IMG/VR virus record: IMGVR_UViG_2885360797_000005
Source: a virus
Taxonomy: Duplodnaviria > Caudoviricetes
DNA: 64,000 nucleotides
Strand: one strand, 5' to 3'
How positions within the stretch are numbered: position 1 is the first letter of the stretch; each line of letters opens with the position of its first letter. This document shows, piece by piece, positions 1-8,977 of the stretch. Below the pieces are notes generated by a model that saw only the letters and a program-made list of their open reading frames with translations, was not told the origin of the DNA and did no database searches. The position numbers and the translations under genes are program-made.

Positions 1-54
1 CCAAAGGGGTCAGTCCCGCGTGCCCGAAGGGGTCAAACTCACGCGCCTTTTCCA
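1..54. mobile_element. Probable terminal end of an IS21-family insertion sequence interrupting the integrase
   Basis: Two imperfect 21-bp direct repeats with 23-bp period (4-24 aaggggtcagtcccgcgtgcc; 27-47 aaggggtcaaactcacgcgcc; 16/21 identical). The segment ends in CA at 53-54, exactly where integrase-like sequence stops after HTWATI. TG..CA ends with multiple subterminal repeats are typical of IS21. No transposase is in the window. Confidence 0.55.
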
Positions 55-1112
55 ATGGTAGCCCACGTATGCCGGAATGTATAGAAACAATAGCAGTCTT
101 CTTTTTCCATGCCCATATCCCTGCAAATTTTGCGGATACCGTGGTTCACGTTCGCATTGAAACTGTCGAAATCACAGTATCGCTTATGGAAGTTAAACAG
201 GTATTCGTCTTCTTCGTCCGAAAGATACTTGTCAAAGGTTGATTGGATAAACGGTTCTATCCGCATCTCCATATAGGCTTCATCCCTTCTGCTGTGCCTG
301 GTCTTCGCCCTCTTGTAACCTATTACGCCGTTATTGTAGTCTTTCTTTTTCAGACTATACAGGTCTACCGTATTGATGCCACCGATACAGAGTGAGAGAA
401 GTGCAACATCCCTGCCAAGTTCGGGTAAGGAGGAAATCATCTTGGTTTGAGGCAAAGGACGGTTGAAGAACTCCCGGCAGGCTTCTGCGCTTATGGCACG
501 TTTCAACGTGGTGTCAGACTTCGGAATTTGAATCTTTAACCAAGGATTGAATTTGATGCGTATGACACCACGTTCCTCGTCATTCAACTCGATGATAGCC
601 TTCTTGAAGATTTGACGGATACAAGTGGGGTACATTTCCTTTGCACGATTCGTTTGAGATAGATGCTCTATCCATTTTCTCAATACAGATGATGTAAGAT
701 GGTTAAACATAATTTTGTTCGTTCCCAGATAGCGTTCCAAATGATTAACCGAGAGTTGATAGTTCTTTGCTGTACGCTGACGACCTTGGGACTCCATTTT
801 CCCAATAAATGATTTCGCATATTCGCTAAAACAAACTTCCTCGTCTGCCTTTAACAAATACTCTAAAACTTCTTTTATACCCCAAAGAGACACGTCTGTT
901 CGGTTTAACCGATCCGTGTATTGTCTAATTAGCATAGCACAATACTCATTGACGACCGGATCTGTCAGTTCGCCATTACTTGTGATATGTTCCGCATCAA
1001 CGATTTTATTCGTTTTGATGTACCCCGGTTTTCGATTGTGCACAATTCTGATGTACACAGAGTAGAAGCCATCTGTTCTCGGCTTTCTTACCATTGCTTT
1101 TAGTGTTGTCAT
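39..1112 (-). pseudogene. int: Tyrosine integrase, C-terminally truncated
   Basis: N-terminal arm-binding-like region (VYIRIVHNRKPGYIKT), SAM-like core-binding region, YKRAKT, and YTFRHTWAT box. The ORF stops 5 aa later, so the final H/W and catalytic Tyr segment is missing. Confidence 0.8.
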
Positions 1113-1143
1113 ATCCTATCAGTTTATTACAGTGAAATTATTG

Positions 1144-1195
1144 GTGTAAGCAGGTGTAAGCAGGGGCTATTTTAGTGTAAGCAGAGAGTAATCAA
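1144..1195 (+). repeat. GTGTAAGCAG direct repeats, putative integrase arm-type sites
   Basis: Exact copies at 1144-1153, 1154-1163 and 1175-1184, plus a degenerate copy at 1186-1195, just upstream of int. Confidence 0.6.
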
Positions 1196-1251
1196 ATACG
1201 TTCATTTCGCTCATTTTTTGCGGTCAAGTGAACGAACCGTCCAAACGCAAC

Positions 1252-1292
1252 TCAGGCTGTAATTACCGCTAATGCAGTGAATTACAGCCTGA
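1252..1292. terminator. 13-bp perfect inverted repeat, probable terminator in the att region
   Basis: tcaggctgtaatt (1252-1264) and aattacagcctga (1280-1292). Confidence 0.6.
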
Positions 1293-1518
1293 TATTAATA
1301 TTTATATGTATCGGACTTTAGTCCTCTATTGCAGCCTGCGCCGCGCTCGAAAAGCACGTAATATCGGATATTTAGAGCGGCCTTGTAAGTTTCCTTACAT
1401 TTTGGCTAATCATTCATTTTTGATTCATTGTTTTTGACGGTCTAACAGAGAGGGCGGAAACCCTCTATTTCTTTCAGAAATGCCCCTCTGCCGGACTTTG
1501 TGCGCTCGGTTGAGGGTT

Positions 1519-1932
1519 TTATTGTTTTGGCGACTGACGCGCCTGCAAATGCCTTAAAATCGCTTCCTGCTCTGCGGTCTTGTCGTATCGGTCTATTGCG
1601 GAGTATGAACAGAACCGCTTTGCCCACTGGCGAAAGGTATTGCACTCACCCGTCTCCGGGTCGGTATATTCGTCATCCCACATCTCGCAGAGAGAAGCGT
1701 ATGCCTCGGCAGGGTGTGAGCCTATCGCGTCCACAACCTCGGTCGGATACTGGCGCATAATGATGTCAATCCATTCGTCCATGTCAATGCCGGGATTCTC
1801 ATGCAGGACGTTCCATGCCGCCGTCTTGAGTTCGCCGTAGAAGTCCGGCTCTTCCTCGTCAAGCATATTGTCAAGTGCCTCAACAAGGGATGCCATTTCT
1901 TCGTCCGATATGTTGTAGTTGCTTTTATTCAT
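1519..1932 (-). CDS. Hypothetical acidic protein, repressor operon
   Basis: 137-aa ORF translationally coupled to the upstream gene (4-bp overlap). Confidence 0.7.
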   Translation of the reverse strand: MNKSNYNISDEEMASLVEALDNMLDEEEPDFYGELKTAAWNVLHENPGIDMDEWIDIIMRQYPTEVVDAIGSHPAEAYASLCEMWDDEYTDPETGECNTFRQWAKRFCSYSAIDRYDKTAEQEAILRHLQARQSPKQ

Positions 1933-2213
1933 ACCTCTGACTTTTTGTTTTTTATAGCAACATACTTGGAATGATTCAAGATTTCGACATCTCTTGGAGA
2001 TAGAAGCGTCTTGTTATCTTCAATCATTTCTATTAGTTCGTTGAGTGCTTCGCTCTGTTCGTTCAAGTCAATCTGTAGGGATTTGAGTTTGCTCTCAACA
2101 GTCTGAACATACTCTGACTTATCATGCTGTCTATTCAGAATTTCTCTAATTGAGTATAGTTCAGCAAATATAAGCAAACCGACAATTATAACAGCGATAC
2201 TGAAGCCTGTCAT
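1929..2213 (-). CDS. Membrane-anchored coiled-coil protein, repressor operon
   Basis: N-terminal hydrophobic helix (FSIAVIIVGLLIF), heptad-like tail, AT-rich, coupled to the repressor stop. Confidence 0.7.
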   Translation of the reverse strand: MTGFSIAVIIVGLLIFAELYSIREILNRQHDKSEYVQTVESKLKSLQIDLNEQSEALNELIEMIEDNKTLLSPRDVEILNHSKYVAIKNKKSEV

Positions 2214-2611
2214 TATTTCCCTTTCAGTTCCTCGATCCGTTCTTTGAGTTCTGCAATTCGCTCGTCCTTTTCCTCAATCAACTGCTGGAGCAACTTCACA
2301 CGCTCGGCAAGGACAGCATCGCCGACAACCACCGAAACATCTCCGCTATCAGAGGCAGGAGAATAGTCCCCCTCGGTATGAACCTCTTTTTTGGGCGATT
2401 CTTCTCCCGTAAGTAACCAACGTGCATCAACATCGAGGGTGACCACAATTTTTGTAACCATGTCCACACTCGGTTTACTACGGCGTTGCTTGCTCAAATA
2501 ACTCGACATCCCAGTAGGTGGTAAGCCTATTGATTTAGCAAAAGCAGCCTTATTACCATCAAAACGCTCATTGACAAGCATTTCAATTCGGTCATTGATA
2601 GTTTCAGCCAT
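2213..2611 (-). CDS. CI-like XRE helix-turn-helix repressor
   Basis: NKAAFAKSIGLPPTGMSSYL...KPS...VDARWLLTGE pattern, C-terminal coiled coil, divergent from the early operon. Confidence 0.85.
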   Translation of the reverse strand: MAETINDRIEMLVNERFDGNKAAFAKSIGLPPTGMSSYLSKQRRSKPSVDMVTKIVVTLDVDARWLLTGEESPKKEVHTEGDYSPASDSGDVSVVVGDAVLAERVKLLQQLIEEKDERIAELKERIEELKGK

Positions 2612-2661
2612 AAGCCAATATGTTAAAAATTCTTAATTGTTTATCAATGTTGGGAAATTGC

Positions 2662-2693
2662 TTTGGTAAATCAATTCAATTGCATTACCTTTG
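2662..2693 (+). promoter_or_regulatory. Early lytic promoter, Bacteroidetes consensus
   Basis: TTTG (2662-2665), 20-bp spacer, TACCTTTG (2686-2693). Confidence 0.75.
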
Positions 2694-2732
2694 CATTCAA
2701 ATTTACTAAAAAGTAATCAAGCTACCACAAAA

Positions 2733-2927
2733 ATGGAACTAAAAAAACTCAAAACCGCTTCACTCGCCGATGCGCTCAAGGAAATGAATGTCGGAGAAAC
2801 GTGCATAGCCCCCGATGGATATGCACCTGCAACGGTCATCAAGACCTGCTCTGAGTTAAAGGACAAAGGTTACCTTTTTCAGACTTCGCAACGCGCCGGA
2901 GTACAAATCATCACGCGATTGAAATAA
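2733..2927 (+). CDS. Cro-like small DNA-binding protein
   Basis: First gene opposite the repressor. ATG at 2733 follows an A-rich leader; the track's 2691 TTG overlaps the promoter. Confidence 0.6.
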   Translation: MELKKLKTASLADALKEMNVGETCIAPDGYAPATVIKTCSELKDKGYLFQTSQRAGVQIITRLK

Positions 2928-2938
2928 ACAATTGAATT

Positions 2939-3136
2939 ATGGCAAAGCACGGAATTTTCTACGCACTCTGCGACCTCTTCAACGAGGGCGAGGCGGTGGT
3001 CAGCATCGACAACGCCAAACAGGTAATAACCGCAGCTCGGCACACTCTTCCCGAATTTGTGGTCTGCGCAGGGTTATTCGACCCCGATAGCAAGACAATC
3101 GAACTCTATGTGGAGAACTACAAAGACGCAAAATGA
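2939..3136 (+). CDS. Hypothetical protein
   Basis: 65-aa ORF in a tightly packed early operon. Confidence 0.6.
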   Translation: MAKHGIFYALCDLFNEGEAVVSIDNAKQVITAARHTLPEFVVCAGLFDPDSKTIELYVENYKDAK

Positions 3137-3273
3137 TGAAGACCACTGAGCAGAAGAGAGCGCAGGCACAGCGCATAGTCAATCTGATTGACACTCGCGG
3201 CGACTGGGTCAACCGCCTCTACCGCTTCACCCAGTTCCTGCTCAAATACCACCCCTATTTAATAATCAAGTAA
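3133..3273 (+). CDS. Hypothetical 46-aa protein
   Basis: MMKTTEQKRAQAQRIVNLIDTRGDWVNRLYRFTQFLLKYHPYLIIK, ATGA-coupled to the previous gene; below the ORF-track cutoff. Confidence 0.55.
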   Translation: MMKTTEQKRAQAQRIVNLIDTRGDWVNRLYRFTQFLLKYHPYLIIK

Positions 3274-3292
3274 CATCAAACCGACAATAGAT

Positions 3293-3529
3293 ATGAAAAA
3301 GTACATTCTTACCCTCGCACTCGCAACCGCCCTGCTGACCGGTTGCACCACCAACAAGGTTGCCCTTGACGACCTCCGCGCCGAAATCTCGTGGAACGCC
3401 TTTTGCGATGCCCACGGCTACGACCGCAACGACAACACCTATCAAGCAACCAATGAATACCTCGATACTTGGTGCGGCTCCGTGGACGAGGAAGCCGCCT
3501 TCATCAAGGCAGGAGTTGAACCCTATTAA
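3293..3529 (+). CDS. Small lipoprotein
   Basis: MKKYILTLALATALLTG-C signal peptide with a lipobox. Confidence 0.75.
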   Translation: MKKYILTLALATALLTGCTTNKVALDDLRAEISWNAFCDAHGYDRNDNTYQATNEYLDTWCGSVDEEAAFIKAGVEPY

Positions 3530-3540
3530 ATCCCACCGCC

Positions 3541-3759
3541 ATGCTACACAAGATAGAAAAGATATACCTCATCGCGCAGGTCACATTTTCAGTACTCGTG
3601 ATTCTTTTTGGATTTAGTTACGGCATTCGTTGCCTTGTAGCTAATCAGATATTCTGCGCCCTCTGCTTCGCCGTAATAGGATACGTCAGCGGATACCGTC
3701 TGCTGTTCAAGGCTTCAATGGCAGAACTCCGAGAATACAAACAGCGTGTTGGCAAATGA
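3541..3759 (+). CDS. Small membrane protein with two TM helices
   Basis: Two hydrophobic segments in 72 aa. Confidence 0.6.
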   Translation: MLHKIEKIYLIAQVTFSVLVILFGFSYGIRCLVANQIFCALCFAVIGYVSGYRLLFKASMAELREYKQRVGK

Positions 3760-4034
3760 CATTTCTCCAGTTCGCCGACAAGAGCGTACCCTACGGCGTA
3801 TTCGTGAAAGATGTAGCCGCTGAGGTAGCCGTATTGCTCCAACAATTCAAGGACGACCCCGAATACATCAGCCAAAACAAGGCTTTTGCGATTTTCGGCA
3901 GGGCAAACGTGGAGCGGTGGCGCAGGCAGGGCAAAGTCACCCCATGCAAACGTCCTGGCAAACTGGAATACCGTACGGCAGACCTGCGACTGCTCCAACG
4001 GACACAACAGGACTACTTAGACCCATCGAAGTAG
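3756..4034 (+). CDS. Excisionase-like winged-HTH protein
   Basis: YISQNKAFAIFGRANVERWRRQGKV...KLEYRTADL resembles Xis/MerR-like HTH proteins. Confidence 0.6.
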   Translation: MTFLQFADKSVPYGVFVKDVAAEVAVLLQQFKDDPEYISQNKAFAIFGRANVERWRRQGKVTPCKRPGKLEYRTADLRLLQRTQQDYLDPSK

Positions 4035-4041
4035 TCATCAA

Positions 4042-4135
4042 GGGAGAATACAACCAAGCGGCCGAGGTGACCAGTAGGTGAAAGCACTGGTGCGGTAAAA
4101 CGCCATCGCAGGTTCGACTCCTGCTTCTCCCACCA
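4042..4135 (+). tRNA. Atypical class-II tRNA or tRNA-like RNA, anticodon uncertain (possibly GAA)
   Basis: Acceptor stem GGGAGAA/TTCTCCC plus A-CCA, T arm GCAGG-TTCGACT-CCTGC, long variable arm, anticodon stem CCAGT/ACTGG around a 10-nt loop. Confidence 0.75.
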
Positions 4136-4168
4136 ACGAGACAACAAACATTTTTAATCTCTCAAAAT

Positions 4169-5194
4169 ATGAGCAAAATCAATCTTACCGTTGAGCAAAT
4201 CAACGACCTGCAACCGCAGGACATCGCCACGAATGATTTTGTGCGCGACAAGTTCATCCAAATCTACGAAGCCATGTGGACACCCTCTACTGGCGTGTCC
4301 GGCGAAGCCGCCTATGAGCGCGAAAGCCGTAACTTCAACCGCATCCTCGCCGAGAAAGAGGACATCCGTAAGAGCTGCACCCGATTCTCGCTCTTCACGG
4401 CATTCCTTGACGTGGCTATATCGGGTCTCTCCCTTGACGCAGGAACTCGTGCGCAGGCATACCTGCTCTCTCGCTCCATCGCCGTTGACTCCGACCTCGA
4501 TCAGCAGGGCAACAAGAAAAACAGATACGAAACCCAGTGCGTCCTCACCATCTCCGGCTACGGCGAACTCCTGCACCGCGCCCGTGTCGGCCAGATACGC
4601 CACGCCGACAACCCAGTCATCGTATATGCCGAGGATGAGTTTGAGTTCGGAGAGCGCAACGGCAACAAGTTCGTGAACTACACCTGCCGTCTGCCCCATA
4701 CATCGGGCAACATCGTAGCCTGCTTCATGAAGATTACACGCGCTGACGGCTCGGTTGACTATGCTGTCATGCTTCCCGAGGACTGGAGCCGCCTCGCAGG
4801 TTACTCAGCACGTCAGAACCGCAAATGGGATAATCAGAACCGCCGATGGGTTGAGGGTGCGCCCAACGCCCTCTACGGACAGCGCGGACAGGACAACACA
4901 TTCAAGATTGATACTGGCTTCCTCATCGCCAAGTGTATCAAGCACGCTTTCAAGTCATACCCGAAAGCGCGTGTCGGCCGTGCTACCCAACTGGAATCAC
5001 AGCAGGTCGAAGAAATGGAAATCAGCGATGGCATCTACGGACTGGAGGACGGCTCTTCCGTCAACACCTCAACTGGCGAAATCATGCCCAAGCAGGACAC
5101 TGGCTTTGCCCCTGCCCCCGACACATCCAACGGCGTGACAATCGACCCCGAAGCCTCTGCCGACAACGCAGGTGGTAACGATGACGTATTCTAA
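4169..5194 (+). CDS. recT: RecT-like single-strand annealing recombinase
   Basis: A..GLSL...AYL, LTISGYGEL..R.G, IVYAEDEFE, final KCIKHAFK..P helix, acidic tail; near an exonuclease gene. Confidence 0.8.
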   Translation: MSKINLTVEQINDLQPQDIATNDFVRDKFIQIYEAMWTPSTGVSGEAAYERESRNFNRILAEKEDIRKSCTRFSLFTAFLDVAISGLSLDAGTRAQAYLLSRSIAVDSDLDQQGNKKNRYETQCVLTISGYGELLHRARVGQIRHADNPVIVYAEDEFEFGERNGNKFVNYTCRLPHTSGNIVACFMKITRADGSVDYAVMLPEDWSRLAGYSARQNRKWDNQNRRWVEGAPNALYGQRGQDNTFKIDTGFLIAKCIKHAFKSYPKARVGRATQLESQQVEEMEISDGIYGLEDGSSVNTSTGEIMPKQDTGFAPAPDTSNGVTIDPEASADNAGGNDDVF

Positions 5195-5218
5195 TAACCC
5201 TTACAATACCAAAGTACA

Positions 5219-6433
5219 ATGAGTGAAACTAATAACAACCTGCCTATCCTGCGCGAAGAGAACGTGCAGATGATAGTGCAAAGCGCACCCAACGCCTACA
5301 ACACCAACTCGCTCTCATCCATGCGTTGCGCAGACTTCGGCAAGAATCTTCTTGACGAGATAGAACGTTCCGGCATGACCGATGAACTGGACAAACGATG
5401 TGCCGACTACATAGACAAGGCGAAACGTACTCTCAAGGCGATGAATGAACGCCGTGCGCCGTTCACAAAACTCTTCGACCAGATACGCTCCGAGTTCACT
5501 GGCATGGAGAACACCATCGACCCGACCAAAAAGGACACCGTGCCTTATCTGATTCAGCAGAAGCGCAACGCCTATGCCGCCAAAAAGCGTGAAGAGGCTG
5601 AACGCGCACGCCAAGAGGAAATGCGCCGTCAGCAACGCGAACAGGCTATTGCCCGATACACGCAGGAAGCCGAGGACGACTACCGCCGTCAGTTCGACAG
5701 CACCGTCACCTCCACCATCAACGAACTCACCAGCCTCAACCAGTCGCTCACGATCGAGAACTTTGACGAGGTCAGCGAGAAACTCAAGAACTTCAAGACT
5801 ACCCTCGGCAACGAGTGGTTTCAGCATTGCCAGTCCTACGCCCACAAGCCGTTTGAAATCAGCGATGGCGAGGCTATCAAGATTCGCCAGTCTATCCTCA
5901 ACCGCCTCTCCACGCAGTTCAAGGCGCAGTACTCAAGCGAAATCGGGGAATACCGCGACACCATTACTGACGCTCTGCCCTCAAAGAAGCGTGAACTGGA
6001 GCGCATGGCGAAAGCCAGTGCCGAGGAGCAGGCACGCATGAAAGCCGAACTGGAGGCCCGCGAAGCTGCGGAAACCCGCCGTCTTGACGAAGAGCGCAAG
6101 CGCAAGGAAGAGGAAGCGCAGGCCGCCAAGAAAGCACAGCAGACCGCTACCGAAATGGACGGACTTTTCGGCCAGGCCGCCGTTGCTACCCCGGTAGGCT
6201 ATCAGCCTAAGACCGCCGTCCGCAAGCGCGTTGTCACCGACACCCCCGACGGCATCCTCGCCGTGGTATCAATGTGGTGGTCGAAAGAGGGCCGCTTCCT
6301 CTCAATGGAAGAACTCAGCAAGATTTTCAAGAAGCAGATTACCTTCTGCGAGAAACTTGCCAACGACAAGGACAACCCCGAACTCATCAGTTCGCCTTTC
6401 GTGCGCTACGAGGACGAGGTTAAAGCAAAGTGA
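5219..6433 (+). CDS. Coiled-coil hypothetical protein of the recombination module
   Basis: 404-aa ORF with long E/R/K/A-rich helices, between RecT and the exonuclease. Confidence 0.75.
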   Translation: MSETNNNLPILREENVQMIVQSAPNAYNTNSLSSMRCADFGKNLLDEIERSGMTDELDKRCADYIDKAKRTLKAMNERRAPFTKLFDQIRSEFTGMENTIDPTKKDTVPYLIQQKRNAYAAKKREEAERARQEEMRRQQREQAIARYTQEAEDDYRRQFDSTVTSTINELTSLNQSLTIENFDEVSEKLKNFKTTLGNEWFQHCQSYAHKPFEISDGEAIKIRQSILNRLSTQFKAQYSSEIGEYRDTITDALPSKKRELERMAKASAEEQARMKAELEAREAAETRRLDEERKRKEEEAQAAKKAQQTATEMDGLFGQAAVATPVGYQPKTAVRKRVVTDTPDGILAVVSMWWSKEGRFLSMEELSKIFKKQITFCEKLANDKDNPELISSPFVRYEDEVKAK

Positions 6434-7092
6434 GCATGAACAATCCCGATGCATACTATCAGCGCAGTGAGGTCAGCAACTCCGACCTCACTGCCTTGAA
6501 AGAACTCCTGCACCCTCGCCCGATGTTCGGTGACCGCGAGGCGGCTTTCCGCTTCGGGTCTATCGTGGACGCTATCATCACCGAACCCTCGCGTGTGGAT
6601 TTCCTGCGCATGACGATTGATGGCGAACCGGTTGACGAGGACGAGTTTCTCCATGCACGCGAAATGCAACGCGCCCTCCGCGCCGAGGCACGCCGTGACC
6701 CATTCCTCGCCAAAGTCCTTGAACTTGCCGACACACAGCGGTTCATGGTCAACAAGGCGCAGGAGTTTGAGAACGGCGGCTTCCACTTCACGCTTGACAC
6801 TCGCTGTAAGTGGGACTGGTGGTTGGATGCCGCACACTTCGGCGGTGACCTCAAGACCTGCGCAGCATCAACCCAAAGGGAGTTTGAGGATGCCGTTGAC
6901 TTCTTCGACTGGGATAGGAGCCGCGCATGGTACATGGACATAGCCAAGTCCAACAAGGATTTCATCTATGCCATCAGCAAGAAGAACTGCAACATCTTCA
7001 AGTTATTCATCAACCGAGGCGATGCCATCTACAATCGCGGACGCGAAAAGTATGAAGACCTCGCTTTCAAATACTGGGCTTTCACCTTATGA
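6430..7092 (+). CDS. PD-(D/E)XK exonuclease VIII/RecE-like (DUF3799-like)
   Basis: Y...SEVSNSDL, FGSIVDAIITEP, RCKWD...GDLKT, Y..I motifs. Confidence 0.8.
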   Translation: MSMNNPDAYYQRSEVSNSDLTALKELLHPRPMFGDREAAFRFGSIVDAIITEPSRVDFLRMTIDGEPVDEDEFLHAREMQRALRAEARRDPFLAKVLELADTQRFMVNKAQEFENGGFHFTLDTRCKWDWWLDAAHFGGDLKTCAASTQREFEDAVDFFDWDRSRAWYMDIAKSNKDFIYAISKKNCNIFKLFINRGDAIYNRGREKYEDLAFKYWAFTL

Positions 7093-8549
7093 GCAATCTT
7101 CAGCATAAACTCAAGGTTGAGCCGTACCCTTACCAAAAAGAGGGTATCGAGGCAGGACTGAAGTGGAAACGCTTCCTCATCGGCGATGAGCCGGGACTGG
7201 GCAAGACGCTCCAAAGCATAGGCGTGGTTGACACAGCCAACGCCTACCCCTGCTTGGTTATCTGTCCGTCCTCGCTCAAAATCAACTGGCAACGTGAGTT
7301 TGAGAAATTCACCGACAAGAAAGCACTGGTGCTTGACAACTCCGTGGCTACCACATGGCCCTATCTCCTGCGGATGGGTATGCAACAGGTCGCCATCGTC
7401 AACTACGAAAGCCTGCGCAAGTTCTTTGTTTGGGATATTCACGCACGCAAGGGTCAATCGTTCCGCCTCAAAGACGTGGTGTTCTGCCCGGACATCCAAA
7501 TCTTCAAGTCGGTAATCATTGACGAGAGCCATAGGGTCAAAGACCCCTCGGCACAGCAGACAATCTTTGCGCGTGGCATAGTCGAGGGCAAGCAGTGGCG
7601 CATACTCCTTTCGGGTACGCCTGTTGTCAATCGCCCTGCCGACCTCATTGCGCAGCTCTCAATCATGGGGCGATTGGCAGAGTTCGGCGGTAGATCTAAA
7701 TTCCTCGCCGACTACGGCGGTGGAGAAATCACCAAAGAACGCCGGGGCAAAGATGATGATGACGAGCCTCGCAATCTTGACCGCCTTTCGGCAGAACTCT
7801 ACTCGCGGTGCATGATTCGCAGAGAGAAAGCAAAAGTGCTGACGCAGCTCCCCGACAAGACACGGACAGACCTCTATGTTGACATATCCAATCGTGAGGA
7901 GTACGCACTGGCGGCCGAGGACTTGGCAGAGTACCTGCGTACCTATGCCAAATGCGAGGACTACGAGATACGCCGTAAGATGCGCATGGAAGCGTTGGTG
8001 AAGTTCATGACCCTACGCGCCCTCTCGTCAAAGGGAAAGGTCAGGCAGGCGGTTGACTTTGTCAAGACGTTCCTTGCCAATGGCAAGCCCCTCATACTCT
8101 TCTGTTCCCTGCATGAGATTGTGGACGAGTTGAAAAAGGCTTTCCCGAAAGCGGTCAGCGTCACCGGGCGCGATTCCATGATGATGAAACAGGCGGCTGT
8201 TGATGCGTTCCAGTCGGGAAAGGCGCAACTGATAATCTGCTCCATCAAGGCCGCAGGTGTCGGTCTTACCCTCACGGCTTCCTCCAACGTGGCATTCGTG
8301 GAATTTCCGTGGACGTATGCCGACTGTTGCCAGTGCGAGGACCGTGCGCACCGCATAGGGCAAAAGGATAATGTCACCTGCTACTATCTAATCGGCCGTC
8401 ACACTATCGACCGAACCCTCTACGACATCATCCATAAGAAGAAATCAATCGCCAACCAGATAATGGGTACTGACGATGACATTCCGACCGATGAGATGTA
8501 TTTCGACCAACTGGCAGACCTGTTCCTGAATTCCGACCCCGATGGCTGA
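7089..8549 (+). CDS. SNF2-family helicase/ATPase
   Basis: DEPGLGKT, DESH, LSGTP, AAGVGLTL, QCEDRAHRIGQ. Confidence 0.92.
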   Translation: MSNLQHKLKVEPYPYQKEGIEAGLKWKRFLIGDEPGLGKTLQSIGVVDTANAYPCLVICPSSLKINWQREFEKFTDKKALVLDNSVATTWPYLLRMGMQQVAIVNYESLRKFFVWDIHARKGQSFRLKDVVFCPDIQIFKSVIIDESHRVKDPSAQQTIFARGIVEGKQWRILLSGTPVVNRPADLIAQLSIMGRLAEFGGRSKFLADYGGGEITKERRGKDDDDEPRNLDRLSAELYSRCMIRREKAKVLTQLPDKTRTDLYVDISNREEYALAAEDLAEYLRTYAKCEDYEIRRKMRMEALVKFMTLRALSSKGKVRQAVDFVKTFLANGKPLILFCSLHEIVDELKKAFPKAVSVTGRDSMMMKQAAVDAFQSGKAQLIICSIKAAGVGLTLTASSNVAFVEFPWTYADCCQCEDRAHRIGQKDNVTCYYLIGRHTIDRTLYDIIHKKKSIANQIMGTDDDIPTDEMYFDQLADLFLNSDPDG

Positions 8550-8703
8550 TGTCTGCAAGACCGACCTGCAAAAGGTCATTTCCTACCTCGATGAGGCTGC
8601 GAAACTATATGACGCGCTCCCCATGCAGAAATGCAAGTGCCGGGCGTACATGATAAACCAGTTAACAACCAAATTAAAATCCAAACTCAATGACAAAAAA
8701 TGA
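8542..8703 (+). CDS. Hypothetical 53-aa protein
   Basis: MADVCKTDLQKVISYLDEAAK...NDKK fills the gap between the helicase and HU with short overlaps. Confidence 0.55.
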   Translation: MADVCKTDLQKVISYLDEAAKLYDALPMQKCKCRAYMINQLTTKLKSKLNDKK

Positions 8704-8977
8704 TTTGGCAAGAGAGGTGTCGGTATCAGAGAAACTGCACCTTTCGACAGCAGTAAAGGCGGTGGACGGAATAATCCGTGTCATCAAGGAAGCACTCGCC
8801 AAGGGCGAGGAAGTAACCCTGCGCGGCTTCGGAACTCTCTCCGTAGTACAGCGCGAGGAGCGCAACGCGGTTCACTTCAAGACCAAAGAGCCGATTGTCG
8901 TTCCTGCACACCGCACCGTGAGAATCAGAATCAGTAAAGAACTCAAAGAACAACTCAACAATGGCACAGTGGATTGA
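8690..8977 (+). CDS. HU/IHF-family DNA-binding protein
   Basis: MTKNDLA...LAKGEEVTLRGFGTL...IVVPA...SKELKE. Confidence 0.92.
   Translation: MTKNDLAREVSVSEKLHLSTAVKAVDGIIRVIKEALAKGEEVTLRGFGTLSVVQREERNAVHFKTKEPIVVPAHRTVRIRISKELKEQLNNGTVD

Noticed and set aside
4042-4135. tRNA as the attachment site
   Set aside because: It lies inside the early operon, far from int, and no duplicated 3' fragment is seen in the window.
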